Shown here one piece after another: positions 40,071 to 49,856 of a stretch of DNA of 64,000 nt. Positions within the stretch are counted from its first letter, which is position 1, and every line of letters begins with the position of its first letter. Origin of the DNA: Candidatus Woykebacteria bacterium RBG_13_40_15. Lineage in GTDB: Bacteria > Patescibacteriota > Microgenomatia > Woykebacterales > RBG-16-39-9b. The position numbers and the translations under genes were made by a program. Location: NCBI GenBank assembly GCA_001816655.1, contig MHCP01000014.1, positions 27,068-91,067 of the forward strand, given 5' to 3'. The notes under the pieces were generated by a model, which saw nothing but the letters and a program-made list of their open reading frames with translations, was not told the origin of the DNA and did not search any database.

Positions 40071-40700
40071 ATGAAAATTAAAGCTACTTTCGAATTAGAA
40101 AGAGAGCTTTGGAAAAAAGGTATTGAGGCTATAGCCGGCATCGACGAGGTGGGAAGAGGTTCTTGGGCCGGGCCGGTTGTTGCCGCGGCAGTAGTTTTCC
40201 CTAAATTTTTTAAACCATCCTTTAATCTTTTTGATTCAAAAATGGTTACCCAGTCGGAAAGAGAAGAAATAGCTAAGAAAATCAAAGAAGTCTCAACGGT
40301 TGGGCTTGGAGTAATTGGGCTAGATTCGATTAACAAGTTGGGAATTGGGAAAGCAACTCAAAAAGCTTTCAAGGCAGCTATCAAATCTCTAGATATAGAG
40401 CCGCAACATTATCTGATTGATGCTTTTTACATTCGTGGTTGGAAAAAAGCAAATCAAACGGCCATGAAACATGGGGACCGTCTTTGTGCGTCAATTGCTG
40501 CCGCCTCAATAATCGCTAAGGTTTACAGAGATAATTTAATGGCGGGACTTGATCAAAAATATCCAGGGTACAATTTTGCAGCTCACAAGGGTTATGGTAC
40601 TACCGACCACCAAGAAGCAATAAGGCAACTTTTATTTTCACCCGTACACCGGAAATCTTTTAATTTGGTGCCGACTGTTTTTCCGGAGTTGCTTATTTAA
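40071..40700 (+). CDS. rnhB: Ribonuclease HII
   Basis: GIDEVGRG..GPVV, DSK, IAAASIIAKV and HKGYGT motifs. Confidence 0.95.
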   Translation: MKIKATFELERELWKKGIEAIAGIDEVGRGSWAGPVVAAAVVFPKFFKPSFNLFDSKMVTQSEREEIAKKIKEVSTVGLGVIGLDSINKLGIGKATQKAFKAAIKSLDIEPQHYLIDAFYIRGWKKANQTAMKHGDRLCASIAAASIIAKVYRDNLMAGLDQKYPGYNFAAHKGYGTTDHQEAIRQLLFSPVHRKSFNLVPTVFPELLI

Positions 40701-40705
40701 TCAAA

Positions 40706-41071
40706 ATGGGTAAAGAGAAAAAGGAATTAGGAAAAGTTGGCGAACAGTATGCGGCTGAACTGTTGAAAACTAAAGGTTACAAAATACTGCAAACAAATTT
40801 CCAGACCCGTTTAGGCGAGATTGATATCGTGGCAATTGATGGCGAAACTCTTGTTTTTGTCGAGGTAAAGACAAGAATTGGCCGCGTTTTTGGATTACCT
40901 GAAGAGGCAGTTGGATTCCGTAAGTTAAGATCAATTATAAAGGTCGGTGAAGTTTTTAGATTAAAAAATCAAAATCTTCCAGAGAGCGAGCGGATCGATG
41001 TGGCTGCAATTGAGCTAGATAATTCTGGTAAGGTCCTGAGGGAAGAATTAATTAAAAATGTTACTGGTTAG
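40706..41071 (+). CDS. yraN: YraN family (UPF0102) nuclease-fold protein
   Basis: GEIDIVA..LVFVEVKTR motif. Confidence 0.9.
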   Translation: MGKEKKELGKVGEQYAAELLKTKGYKILQTNFQTRLGEIDIVAIDGETLVFVEVKTRIGRVFGLPEEAVGFRKLRSIIKVGEVFRLKNQNLPESERIDVAAIELDNSGKVLREELIKNVTG

Positions 41072-41152
41072 AGGTGAGGTGGCAGCTGCTCCGTAGGAAA
41101 CAACTGCCACATCTCCTTTCCTCGCTTTGAGTTGATTCTAGGCTTTGTACTT

Positions 41153-42121
41153 CTACCCTTCTTGTGGTTCATTCCTCCTTTCTCTATCTTGCTTCCAGAT
41201 TTGCTCAAGGTGCTGGTTGTAGATGCCGCCGTGTTCGGGAACAAGTTCGGCAATTGCCTTCCCTACAAGATCAACAAAGGCTTGACTTGGGGTGATGCCA
41301 TATTCTCTGGCTAGTCTTCGGCTCTCCTGGTCCAGCCAGTTTACAGGACGTGGTGGTCCAATCACCACTTTTACGTCTCTTCCGAACAACGGCCAGCGAG
41401 GCGGTTTGGATGTAGACCACACACCCTTTTGCGCCGCTCTTATACCGATTGGTACAACTGTATCGGCGCACCGAATAAGTCCGGCGGCGCCTGATTGGAT
41501 TCGTTTCATTTGGCCATCTAGGGCTCTTGCACCTTCTGGAAAGAGCATCAAGCCGTGTTGATTGATCTGTGCCTTGAGGGCCTTTAGGCACTCCTTGAGT
41601 ATTCTGGCTATTACTCGCTGCTCCTCGGGAGACCGTCCCTCGATCATGTCTGGAGGAACTATATTGATTCTGCCAGCAGATAGCAGCATTCTGCTGAGGA
41701 ACTTATCCCTGTTGAAGTACTTTGATCCGATCACGTAGATTAGGTTTTCTACAAATGATCGGAAGCCCTTGAACCAGAGAAATAGCTGGATCATTACCGT
41801 GTCCGCGCGGCTGGTGTGGTTGGAAGCAAGGACTACTCTCACACCATTCCCAAGACCCGAGAGGTTTTCCAACCCCTCAACCACCAAACGGCCGAATACC
41901 CAGTTCGGTATTCCGAAGCATACGATTGCCACCCATTTCCCGAACTGCCTTACAATCCAATTGTGAGGGTAAAATCCGGCAGGTTCGTCCATCGTGAAGT
42001 CGGCCGTTTTATCCTTGATTGGGTACGGTGTCCAAAGCAGGGAGGCTGCCAGAGCAATTATGAAGATAATTACAGCCGCAGCCAGAACTGCTAGAAGATC
42101 AAGAAAAACGTTAAAGAGCAT
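41153..42121 (-). CDS. PlsC-like lysophospholipid acyltransferase, GC-rich
   Basis: SNHTSRAD (HX4D) and FPEGAR motifs; GGGAGG SD. Confidence 0.8.
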   Translation of the reverse strand: MLFNVFLDLLAVLAAAVIIFIIALAASLLWTPYPIKDKTADFTMDEPAGFYPHNWIVRQFGKWVAIVCFGIPNWVFGRLVVEGLENLSGLGNGVRVVLASNHTSRADTVMIQLFLWFKGFRSFVENLIYVIGSKYFNRDKFLSRMLLSAGRINIVPPDMIEGRSPEEQRVIARILKECLKALKAQINQHGLMLFPEGARALDGQMKRIQSGAAGLIRCADTVVPIGIRAAQKGVWSTSKPPRWPLFGRDVKVVIGPPRPVNWLDQESRRLAREYGITPSQAFVDLVGKAIAELVPEHGGIYNQHLEQIWKQDRERRNEPQEG

Positions 42122-42267
42122 TGATCCTACCTCCCTTCAACCTAGTGTCAGGAGCTGCGGCTTATGGTTCTCTAGGTTGCTAGTTAGAGTATCATAAATA
42201 ATAACTATGGGCAAGGATATTAAAAATTGACTTTGTAAAGCTAGTATTAAATAATGGTTTTACTGTT

Positions 42268-42669
42268 ATGGAAAAAGACATGGTTGCAGGGTTGATTATT
42301 AAAAATAAAAAGGTGTTGCTGGTTCACAACACAAAGCATAATGGTTTAAGAATAGAACCTCCTGGCGGTAAGAAAAAAGCAGAAGAGGGCTGGAGGGATG
42401 CGGTTGTTAGAGAGGTGAGTGAAGAGTTAGGAGTAGAGGTTGATCCAGTAAAGTTTTTTGGTGCCTATAACACAAACTCGCCTGAAGGGAAATTCTCAGT
42501 TCACATGTATTTTTGCGATATAATTTCCGGCAAACTATCCGTCTTAGAGCCTAAAAAAATACCTAGCTTTGCCTGGTATAGTTATGACGAATTAGAGCAG
42601 TTGAGTAAATCTAAGATTTTAGTTCCAAATATGCGCCAAGCTCTCTCGGAGATTAGAAAATATCTTTAA
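42268..42669 (+). CDS. NUDIX hydrolase
   Basis: Nudix box PGGKKKAEEGWRDAVVREVSEELG. Confidence 0.9.
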   Translation: MEKDMVAGLIIKNKKVLLVHNTKHNGLRIEPPGGKKKAEEGWRDAVVREVSEELGVEVDPVKFFGAYNTNSPEGKFSVHMYFCDIISGKLSVLEPKKIPSFAWYSYDELEQLSKSKILVPNMRQALSEIRKYL

Positions 42670-42683
42670 ATTCAGGGATTCCT

Positions 42684-43217
42684 ATGCAATTAGTTGACAC
42701 AAATTGGTATGTTGTAACTGGTGGACCGGGGTCTGGAAAAACTAAAACAATAGAATACCTCGCGTTTCTTGGCTATTCGACTGTTTCAGAAGCGGCAAGG
42801 AAATTGGTTGATCTAGAGATGAGTAAAGGGAAAACGGTTGAGGAAGTTAGGAGGAACGAAAAAAGGTTTCAAAGAAAAGTCTTAGCCATGAAAGTAGACG
42901 TCGAGGAAAAAATTCCGCCTGGGCAGATCACCTTTTTCGATAGGGGAATTCCCGACAGCCTTGCTTACTATAGACTTAGTAATATGGACGAAGCCGAAGT
43001 TGTAAATGCTTCTAAAAGGAAATATAAGGGCGTTTTCTTTTTGGATAGCCTTCCTTATGAAAAAGACTATGCAAGAATAGAGGACGAGAAAACGGCAAAA
43101 AAGTTGCATCAACTTCTTTACACGGCCTACACTAGGTTTGGATATAAAGTTATAAAAGTTCCGGTGATGCCGATAGATAAAAGGGCAAAATTTATTTTGA
43201 GTAAGATTTCCAAGTGA
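42684..43217 (+). CDS. AAA_28/NadR-like P-loop ATPase or kinase
   Basis: TGGPGSGKT, EAAR and FDRGIPDSLAY motifs. Confidence 0.85.
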   Translation: MQLVDTNWYVVTGGPGSGKTKTIEYLAFLGYSTVSEAARKLVDLEMSKGKTVEEVRRNEKRFQRKVLAMKVDVEEKIPPGQITFFDRGIPDSLAYYRLSNMDEAEVVNASKRKYKGVFFLDSLPYEKDYARIEDEKTAKKLHQLLYTAYTRFGYKVIKVPVMPIDKRAKFILSKISK

Positions 43218-44165
43218 TTAGAGTTTTTCAATTGCTCGTATTTTTGCGCTTTGAGACCTTGGATTGCTAGAAGTTTCTTCGTTTGTTGGAAAAAGAGGCT
43301 TCTTAGTCAAAAGTTTTACTGTTGGCTGCTCTCGAAAATTGGCTGGTTGCGTGGCTTCCCTAAACGCATGTTTAACTATTCGATCCTCTAGGGAATGGAA
43401 AGTGATTACTACTAGTCTGCTACCGCTATTTAATCTATTTATCGCTTGCGGTACCATTTCTTCTAGGGCTTGCAGCTCTTGGTTTACTTCCATTCTGATT
43501 GCTCTAAAGACATTACTTGCATACTGCCCTTTCGGTTGGCTAAATCGGTACTTTGGTGGTGTTGCTGTTCTTATTATTGAAAGTAAGTCATTTGTTGTTT
43601 CTATTGGTTTGATAGTACGCTCCTTAACTATTTGTTGAGCAATTTTCGTTGAAAAAGGCTCTTCCCCATATCGGAAAAATATCTCTCGCAACTTAGCTTC
43701 TGGGTAGTTGTTAACAACGTCAAAGGCACTAAAGGGGCTTTCTTGATCCATTCTCATATCAAGGCGAGCATTTAGGTTTTCCTCTTTCTCGCTAGAACTA
43801 AAACCTCTGGAAGGACTCGTAAGTTGGTAACTAGAAACTCCTAAGTCGAGTAAGATCCCATCTACCTTTTCGATTTTTAAATTATCAAAAATTTTTCCAA
43901 GATCACGAAAGTTACCTTTAACAAAGGTTACTTGGTTTTCTGCAAAAGACAGGTTTTCTTTCGCTGCTTCCAAAGCTTGCGAATCTTGATCCATTCCAAT
44001 TAACCTTCCTTTTTCGCCAATTTTTTCTAAGATTAATTTAGCGTGGCCACCACTACCAATAGTTGCATCCATGTAAACACCACCCGGTTTTGGGCTAAGC
44101 AATTCTAAGACCTCTTTAGGCATTACAGGAGTGTGTTCGAATTTTACTTTGTCTATTTGATTCAT
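43218..44165 (-). CDS. rsmH: 16S rRNA m4C1402 methyltransferase
   Basis: HTPVM, DATIGSGGH, DLGVSSYQL, LDMRMD and ITFHSLEDRIVK motifs. Confidence 0.96.
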   Translation of the reverse strand: MNQIDKVKFEHTPVMPKEVLELLSPKPGGVYMDATIGSGGHAKLILEKIGEKGRLIGMDQDSQALEAAKENLSFAENQVTFVKGNFRDLGKIFDNLKIEKVDGILLDLGVSSYQLTSPSRGFSSSEKEENLNARLDMRMDQESPFSAFDVVNNYPEAKLREIFFRYGEEPFSTKIAQQIVKERTIKPIETTNDLLSIIRTATPPKYRFSQPKGQYASNVFRAIRMEVNQELQALEEMVPQAINRLNSGSRLVVITFHSLEDRIVKHAFREATQPANFREQPTVKLLTKKPLFPTNEETSSNPRSQSAKIRAIEKL

Positions 44166-44217
44166 TGTTTGAATTATCAAACATTAATAAACAATAATTA
44201 ATTGCATTTGGTTTAAA

Positions 44218-44649
44218 CTAATTGGTTAGTATTCCTAGTATTCTTTCTGCTTCGTCTAGTTGTAGTTCCTTGTAGAGTGACTTTCGCTTAGTATCCAACT
44301 TCTTTGCTATTTCGTCAGTTTCTTCTCTCGGTACTAAGTGAAAATGGAGATGATTAACGTGAGTTCTACTGTTTTTAAAGTAAGGTTTGTAATTCTGTCT
44401 GATTTCAACTCCTTTGGAAAGCATATCTAAAATTTTCTTTTGATATTTTGATAGGAATTTAAAAATTTCTACAACCTCCTCGTTCCTTAGATCCGAAAGT
44501 ATCCGAATATGTCTACTAGGAATAATTAAAAGATGGCCTGGTGCAAGTCTTGGATCACTTAAAGTCACAAAGGAGTAACTGCCCTCTTCAACAGCACGTT
44601 TCTTTATTTCTCTCGAGCAAAAAGGACAAATTTCATCTATCACAATCAT
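44218..44649 (-). CDS. HIT-family hydrolase
   Basis: CPFC, PGHLLIIP and HLHFHLVPR motifs. Confidence 0.9.
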   Translation of the reverse strand: MIVIDEICPFCSREIKKRAVEEGSYSFVTLSDPRLAPGHLLIIPSRHIRILSDLRNEEVVEIFKFLSKYQKKILDMLSKGVEIRQNYKPYFKNSRTHVNHLHFHLVPREETDEIAKKLDTKRKSLYKELQLDEAERILGILTN

Positions 44650-44664
44650 TGGTTTGTCAAATAC

Positions 44665-44739
44665 TGGTGAGCCCGGAGAGATTCGAACTCTCAACGCACA
44701 GCTTAAAAGGCTGTCGCTCTACCATTGAGCTACGGGCCC
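44665..44739 (-). tRNA. tRNA-Lys(TTT)
   Basis: GGGCCCG/CGGGCTC acceptor, ACAGC-CTTTTAA-GCTGT anticodon arm, CCA. Confidence 0.95.
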
Positions 44740-44741
44740 CA

Positions 44742-44783
44742 GCCCGCCAAGCAAGTCTAGCTTGCTAGGCGTTGCGGGCGGGC
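44742..44783. repeat. GC-rich REP-like palindrome between tRNA-Lys and the GIY-YIG gene
   Basis: GCCCGCC..GGGCGGGC arms with an inner AGCAAG/CTTGCT hairpin. Confidence 0.65.
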
Positions 44784-44786
44784 CCT

Positions 44787-45053
44787 TTAAGAACCCACCA
44801 CATCATTCAAAAAATTAGTAATCCTGTTCTTTAAGTATCTTCTGCCAAATCCTGTTTTGAAGTACTTTTCGCGTTTGACTGCGTCTGTTTCGTTTAAGCA
44901 GCACTCATAGTAAACAAGTTTGAGCGGTCTCCTTTTTCTAGTCGAGTTTACCGATCCATTATTGTGATCTTTAATCCGTGCTTTTAAATCCTTTGTAAAT
45001 CCAATATAAAATTTACCATCTTTTGAACTTAAAAGCACGTAGGTAAAGTACAT
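44787..45053 (-). CDS. Stand-alone GIY-YIG nuclease
   Basis: YVLLS..FYIGFT.DL..R..HN.G..ST..RP..LVYYE..A..RE pattern. Confidence 0.9.
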   Translation of the reverse strand: MYFTYVLLSSKDGKFYIGFTKDLKARIKDHNNGSVNSTRKRRPLKLVYYECCLNETDAVKREKYFKTGFGRRYLKNRITNFLNDVVGS

Positions 45054-45141
45054 TGAAGAAGTATGATATCAAATTTAGCCTTAGGTTTCAATTTAGAGAA
45101 ATCTTTGACTTTTTTTACTAGGTTGCCCATAATTAATTTAG

Positions 45142-45582
45142 ATGGATAATCCTGCTTTAAAATCATCATCTTCGCCAGTCGATCTTAAGCTTCTTGCAAT
45201 TTTGATCGTTATATCACTAGCTCTCGCTGGCCTTTTGTACGCCTTTTTAGTAATTGATCAAGAATTGAATGTTCGGAAAGTGGCAAAAGTAAATAACACA
45301 ACAAGTAATAGCCAATCAAAGAAAACATATTTACAATCTTCCGAAGACCAGAAAAGAAAAAACGATATTTTTTCTATTAATTCAGCACTTAAAACTTACT
45401 TTTTGAAGAACCAATCCATACCAAAAAGTTTAAAGGAACTTTCGCCTGATTTCTTATCAAAAGTTCCGACTGATCCTGCTAATAATAAAGAATATAATTA
45501 TGTAGTTTCTTATGATGGGCTGAGTTGGTCGGTTTCAGCAACCCTTTCCGATAAAAGCACCTTCAACTTGAAAGGACCGTAA
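45142..45582 (+). CDS. Membrane protein with a pilin/GspG-like C-terminal domain
   Basis: TM helix followed by DQKRKND..ALKTY..P.SL.EL..VPTDP..Y.Y. Confidence 0.6.
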   Translation: MDNPALKSSSSPVDLKLLAILIVISLALAGLLYAFLVIDQELNVRKVAKVNNTTSNSQSKKTYLQSSEDQKRKNDIFSINSALKTYFLKNQSIPKSLKELSPDFLSKVPTDPANNKEYNYVVSYDGLSWSVSATLSDKSTFNLKGP

Positions 45583-45614
45583 GGTGCCAAAGTAAAAAAA
45601 AATCAAAAAATTTA

Positions 45615-46070
45615 TTATTTTGGCCAACTGGAAAAAGGGTGTTTAGTAAGATTGTAATTCCGAAAACGGAGATCGTCTGTTACCTCTAATTCTACCCACA
45701 GAGGTTTTTTAAATTTATGATTTTCTTTAGGAAGTTCGACTTCTGCGAGTGCCAAACCTTTATTTGCACCTTTGTACAGATCTATTTGCCAGACAAGCCC
45801 ATCAATTTTTAAGCAAGATCGATTTTTTTCTATTTTTGCGCTTGAGAGATGTAATATTTTTCTGGCCTCGCGAAGGCAAATCTCATACTCAAATTCGTCT
45901 CTCGAAACTAACCCTGGGGTTTTTAATGTTAAAAAGCTGCGATTTCCTTCAGTTCTTACACGTATTTCTGGTTTTTCACAGAAATAACCAGTAATTAATG
46001 TTTTACCTTTAGGTAAGTGGGGGAGCTTATTTTTTTTGATCAGGAACTTTCGTTCAATTTCCCTCTTCAT
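45615..46070 (-). CDS. CYTH-domain (triphosphate tunnel) protein
   Basis: EIERKFL, RVR, LTLK, EFEY and AEVEL motifs. Confidence 0.9.
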   Translation of the reverse strand: MKREIERKFLIKKNKLPHLPKGKTLITGYFCEKPEIRVRTEGNRSFLTLKTPGLVSRDEFEYEICLREARKILHLSSAKIEKNRSCLKIDGLVWQIDLYKGANKGLALAEVELPKENHKFKKPLWVELEVTDDLRFRNYNLTKHPFSSWPK

Positions 46071-48346
46071 TATTTTTTCGAGACAAGTTTCTTCTCGGCT
46101 TCGTAGACAATTTCTCTGGTTTTATCAATTGCGTCAGGTGAGACTGAAACAGATGAAATACCCCACTCGATTAATTTTTCAGTTAATTCTGGGTAAACTG
46201 AAGGTCCCTGCCCGCAAATTCCAGAATAAAGTTTTCTTTTGCGGCATTCCTTAATAATATGTTCTATGCTCCACAAAACAGCTTCATCGAGTTCGTTGAA
46301 TTCAGAAGAGACCTTGGCATTATCTCTATCAAGTCCAAGTAGGAGCATAGTTAGATCGTTACTTCCGATAGAAACCCCGTCAATTCCTAGATCAAGGAAC
46401 TTATCTACCAAAATTACATTGGAAGGAATTTCAGCCATCATTAGTAACTTGAAACTTGGTGATCTATGCAATCCTGCCGCCACAACGAGCTTCTTCACGG
46501 CCTCCATCTCAGAAAGGGTTCTTACAAAAGGGATCATTAACCAAAGATTTATGAATCCATATTTATTTCGAACCTGTTTTATTGCTTCAAGTTCCATCTC
46601 GAAAACTTGTGAATCAGCAAGGTAGCGATAGGCACCTCGATAACCAATTAGAGGATTTTCCTCGGTGTCTTCGTATTTTTCTCCTCCTTTTAGGTTTTTA
46701 TATTCATTACTTTTGAAGTCTGTCGTGCGGTAGATTATTGGTCGGGGGTCAAAGGCTTCGGCGAAAACTACGATGCTAGCGGCTAGCTTTTCAATAAACA
46801 CTTTTTGTTTCTTTTCCGCAATTATTTTTCTTGGGTGTGTTCCGATTTCAGCAATCATAAACTCAGCTCTAAGCAAGCCAATACCATCGACATATTTTTT
46901 AGCAACGTCCTCTGCAAGTTCTTTCTGGCCAAGATTAACAAATACCTTTGTCGCTGTTTTCATTAATTTTACTTGTTCCTCTTTTTGTTTTTCGACATAT
47001 TCAATAGTAGCTAGTTTATCGGTTGCGAGGGCACCTTTGTATACAATGCCATTAGCCCCATTTACAGTAAGGACGGAATGTTTCTGTCTTAGCATTTTAG
47101 TTGCTTTTTCGGTTCCGACAACACAAGGGATTCCAAGTTCTCTTGAAACAATTGCTGCGTGGCTGGTTCGCCCACCTTTGTCTGTTACTATTGCAGCCGA
47201 TCTTTTCATTGCCGGTACATAATCCGGATTGGTCATAGGGGCAACTAAGATATCGCCTTGTTTTATTTTTCCAAGTTCCCCGACTCCGTAGATTACTTTT
47301 GGAAAGCCGATGGCAATACCTGGAGAGGCAGGTGAACCCCTTAAAATTACTGGTAGGTTTATTTCAATATGCTCCTTTGTTTTATCGACCTCTTTTATAG
47401 TTGTCACTGGTCGTGATTGGACAATTTCGAGTTTATCATTCATTAGGGTCCACTCAATATCTTGAGGAAAACCGTAATGATCCTCGATTTTCTTGCCGAT
47501 TTTTGCGAGTTCCCTTATTTTTTCATCTGAAAGTTTTTGAATATTTCGGTATTGTTTAGCGACATCAATCTCTTTTGTTTGCCTTCCAACCTTTATTAGT
47601 TGCTTTGCTTGGTCAGACATTTGCTTTCTAATCAGTTTGAACCCATTTTTATCAACTTCGTAATGATCAGGAGTAACAATTCCCTGAACGATAAGTTCAC
47701 CTAATCCCCAAACCGATTCAATTACAATCTTTCTCTTATCATTTTTAATAGGGTCGATCGTAAACATTACTCCGGAGACTTCGGATTGGACCATTTTTTG
47801 AACAACCGCTGCAAGGCCCACCTTAAAATGATCAAAACCATTTTGCTCCCTGTAGAAAATCGCTCGCGGCTTGTAAAGGGATGCCCAACAATTTCGTACG
47901 GCCTCAAGAAGTTCTCTTTCTCCCAGCACATTTAAAAATGTTTCTTGCTGCCCTGCAAATGAGGCATTTGGTAGATCCTCTGCTGTAGCTGATGAACGGA
48001 CTGCAACCAAGCCATCCCCCCCATTAAAAAGTTTTTTGTAGCTTTTGGCAATTTCGGTTGCTAAGCTAGCTGGAATAGGCGCCTTTTTTATCACAGAGGT
48101 GATTAAATCAGAAGCCTCTGTCAAAAGATCAGTATTGTTTACATCGACTTTTTCTAAGAGTGATTTTATTTTTGGCTTCAATTTTTCTTCATCGAGAAAA
48201 TCGAAAAATGCGGAAGCGGTAACAGTAAAACCATCTGGTACTGGAAGGCCTGCGCTTTTTAATTCACCTAAATTTGCAGCCTTACCCCCGACTAGTGGAA
48301 TATCTTCCTTTCGTGTTTGCGAAAACCACAAAACATCTTTGGACAT
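46070..48346 (-). CDS. ppsA: Phosphoenolpyruvate synthase
   Basis: VGGKAANLGEL, VAVRSSATAED, TSHAAIVSRE, GLLRAEF and SIGSNDL motifs. Confidence 0.95.
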   Translation of the reverse strand: MSKDVLWFSQTRKEDIPLVGGKAANLGELKSAGLPVPDGFTVTASAFFDFLDEEKLKPKIKSLLEKVDVNNTDLLTEASDLITSVIKKAPIPASLATEIAKSYKKLFNGGDGLVAVRSSATAEDLPNASFAGQQETFLNVLGERELLEAVRNCWASLYKPRAIFYREQNGFDHFKVGLAAVVQKMVQSEVSGVMFTIDPIKNDKRKIVIESVWGLGELIVQGIVTPDHYEVDKNGFKLIRKQMSDQAKQLIKVGRQTKEIDVAKQYRNIQKLSDEKIRELAKIGKKIEDHYGFPQDIEWTLMNDKLEIVQSRPVTTIKEVDKTKEHIEINLPVILRGSPASPGIAIGFPKVIYGVGELGKIKQGDILVAPMTNPDYVPAMKRSAAIVTDKGGRTSHAAIVSRELGIPCVVGTEKATKMLRQKHSVLTVNGANGIVYKGALATDKLATIEYVEKQKEEQVKLMKTATKVFVNLGQKELAEDVAKKYVDGIGLLRAEFMIAEIGTHPRKIIAEKKQKVFIEKLAASIVVFAEAFDPRPIIYRTTDFKSNEYKNLKGGEKYEDTEENPLIGYRGAYRYLADSQVFEMELEAIKQVRNKYGFINLWLMIPFVRTLSEMEAVKKLVVAAGLHRSPSFKLLMMAEIPSNVILVDKFLDLGIDGVSIGSNDLTMLLLGLDRDNAKVSSEFNELDEAVLWSIEHIIKECRKRKLYSGICGQGPSVYPELTEKLIEWGISSVSVSPDAIDKTREIVYEAEKKLVSKK

Positions 48347-48384
48347 ACGCTCCTTTTAAAAATCCACTATTTATAATGTTGTAA

Positions 48385-49065
48385 TTAATCCTTTACGATT
48401 CGGTTTACTAATTTGCTTAGGATTCTTTCAGCCGGCTCTTTTCCACCCAAACCAAAAGCCAATCCGCCTGCCAAAGCAACCATCAATACAAACCCGGTAA
48501 ATAATATTCGAATCAAATCTCTTGCGACGCCAAGTTGGTTTAAAGCAGCTAAAAGAGCAAAGATAATTATTGCCCAGCGTGCTACCTCGCCAATGACTTG
48601 CGATGATTGAGTTCCGAGTCCCGTTATCGTTGCCGTCACAAAATCCCGAGCAATTTTTGCAAGAACTGCTCCGATGGATACAATTATCACTGCAACTGCT
48701 ACATTCGGGATGTAGAGCAGTAAGGATTTCAAGACATCGTTTACCGCCCCTAGACCCAGTTGATCAACGGCTGGAATCAAGAATATAAGAATAACAAACC
48801 ATCTAAGTAGCTCGCCGAGGAGGCCTGTAATGGTCAAGGACGTTTCGGCTTTTTTCAGAGCTTGCGGAATACCTGTTGATTCTAAGAGCTTCTCAAAGTT
48901 TATTGCGTTAAAAATCCTTACCAAGGCAGCGCGTAGAATAGCAGCGATCACGACGCCAATTATAAAGATAATAATGGCAATTAAAAGCTTTGGAAGTAAA
49001 TCTGCTGTAGCTACCAATGAATCACTCAGCGCCGAAGTTACACTATTTCCTAGTCCTTCTGTCAT
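48385..49065 (-). CDS. TM-helix repeat (MscS/CmpX-like) membrane protein
   Basis: LPKLLIA, YIPNV and GLAFGLGG motifs; AGGAGGTG SD. Confidence 0.8.
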   Translation of the reverse strand: MTEGLGNSVTSALSDSLVATADLLPKLLIAIIIFIIGVVIAAILRAALVRIFNAINFEKLLESTGIPQALKKAETSLTITGLLGELLRWFVILIFLIPAVDQLGLGAVNDVLKSLLLYIPNVAVAVIIVSIGAVLAKIARDFVTATITGLGTQSSQVIGEVARWAIIIFALLAALNQLGVARDLIRILFTGFVLMVALAGGLAFGLGGKEPAERILSKLVNRIVKD

Positions 49066-49133
49066 ATTTTTCACCTCCTTGTCGTTAAATCAAAGTATAT
49101 TAAGTTAGCCTCGTTGTGTCAATATAACAACGC

Positions 49134-49159
49134 GTAGGCGGCTTTTAAAAGCCGCCTAC
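49134..49159. terminator. Perfect inverted repeat between the paralogous membrane genes
   Basis: GTAGGCGGCTTTTAAAAGCCGCCTAC. Confidence 0.6.
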
Positions 49160-49187
49160 ATCTAAGGTTACGACCTTAAATCAACTA

Positions 49188-49856
49188 TTATTTATTTACT
49201 CTACTAGCAAATTTCTTTAGCCAGTCGGAAGCTGTTTCTCTTCCAGCGAGACCAAAAGCCAAGAAACCGGCAGCAAGGAGGGCAATGATAACCAATCGAA
49301 TTATATCAATCGTTACTCCAAGCACCAATGCCGCTTGAAGTGCTGCGAAGATAACAGTCGCAAAGTAAGTCACATTTGCAATTAGGTTTGCTGGGTTGTT
49401 GCCGACTATTGTTCCGACGGCCATAACAATTCTGCGAACAAACCAGGCGACGACGAATCCAAAGAGCAAGAGTAATGAGGCGAGTAACACCTTGCTAATG
49501 TAACCGAACACGAGTGAGAAAGCAGTAGCGGCCCCCTCTATCTGCAGACTTGTGAAAGCCGGTATTAGGAAGACAATAATTGCTATCCATCTGACGACTT
49601 CACCAAGCATGTTTGTAAGCTCTAGTTCGTCGTCTGCCTTTACAACACCGGAATAAGCAGGAACCGATGAAAGTACGCGCTCAAGGCCCACTACCTTAGA
49701 AACTTCTTGGACGATTCTCTTCAAGATCCAACCCAATATAAGACCAATAATTATTGCTATAACTGCGGCAAGAATATTGGTAAACACGGGTAAGAAATTA
49801 TTGAAGAAAGCTCTGATCGAGTCCTGAGAAAGGTTAATATAATCTTGAAAAGTCAA
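49188..49856 (-). CDS. TM-helix repeat membrane protein, paralog of 48385-49065
   Basis: Same architecture (GEVVRW, LAFGLAG); TTG start with GGGGGTG SD. Confidence 0.75.
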   Translation of the reverse strand: MTFQDYINLSQDSIRAFFNNFLPVFTNILAAVIAIIIGLILGWILKRIVQEVSKVVGLERVLSSVPAYSGVVKADDELELTNMLGEVVRWIAIIVFLIPAFTSLQIEGAATAFSLVFGYISKVLLASLLLLFGFVVAWFVRRIVMAVGTIVGNNPANLIANVTYFATVIFAALQAALVLGVTIDIIRLVIIALLAAGFLAFGLAGRETASDWLKKFASRVNK

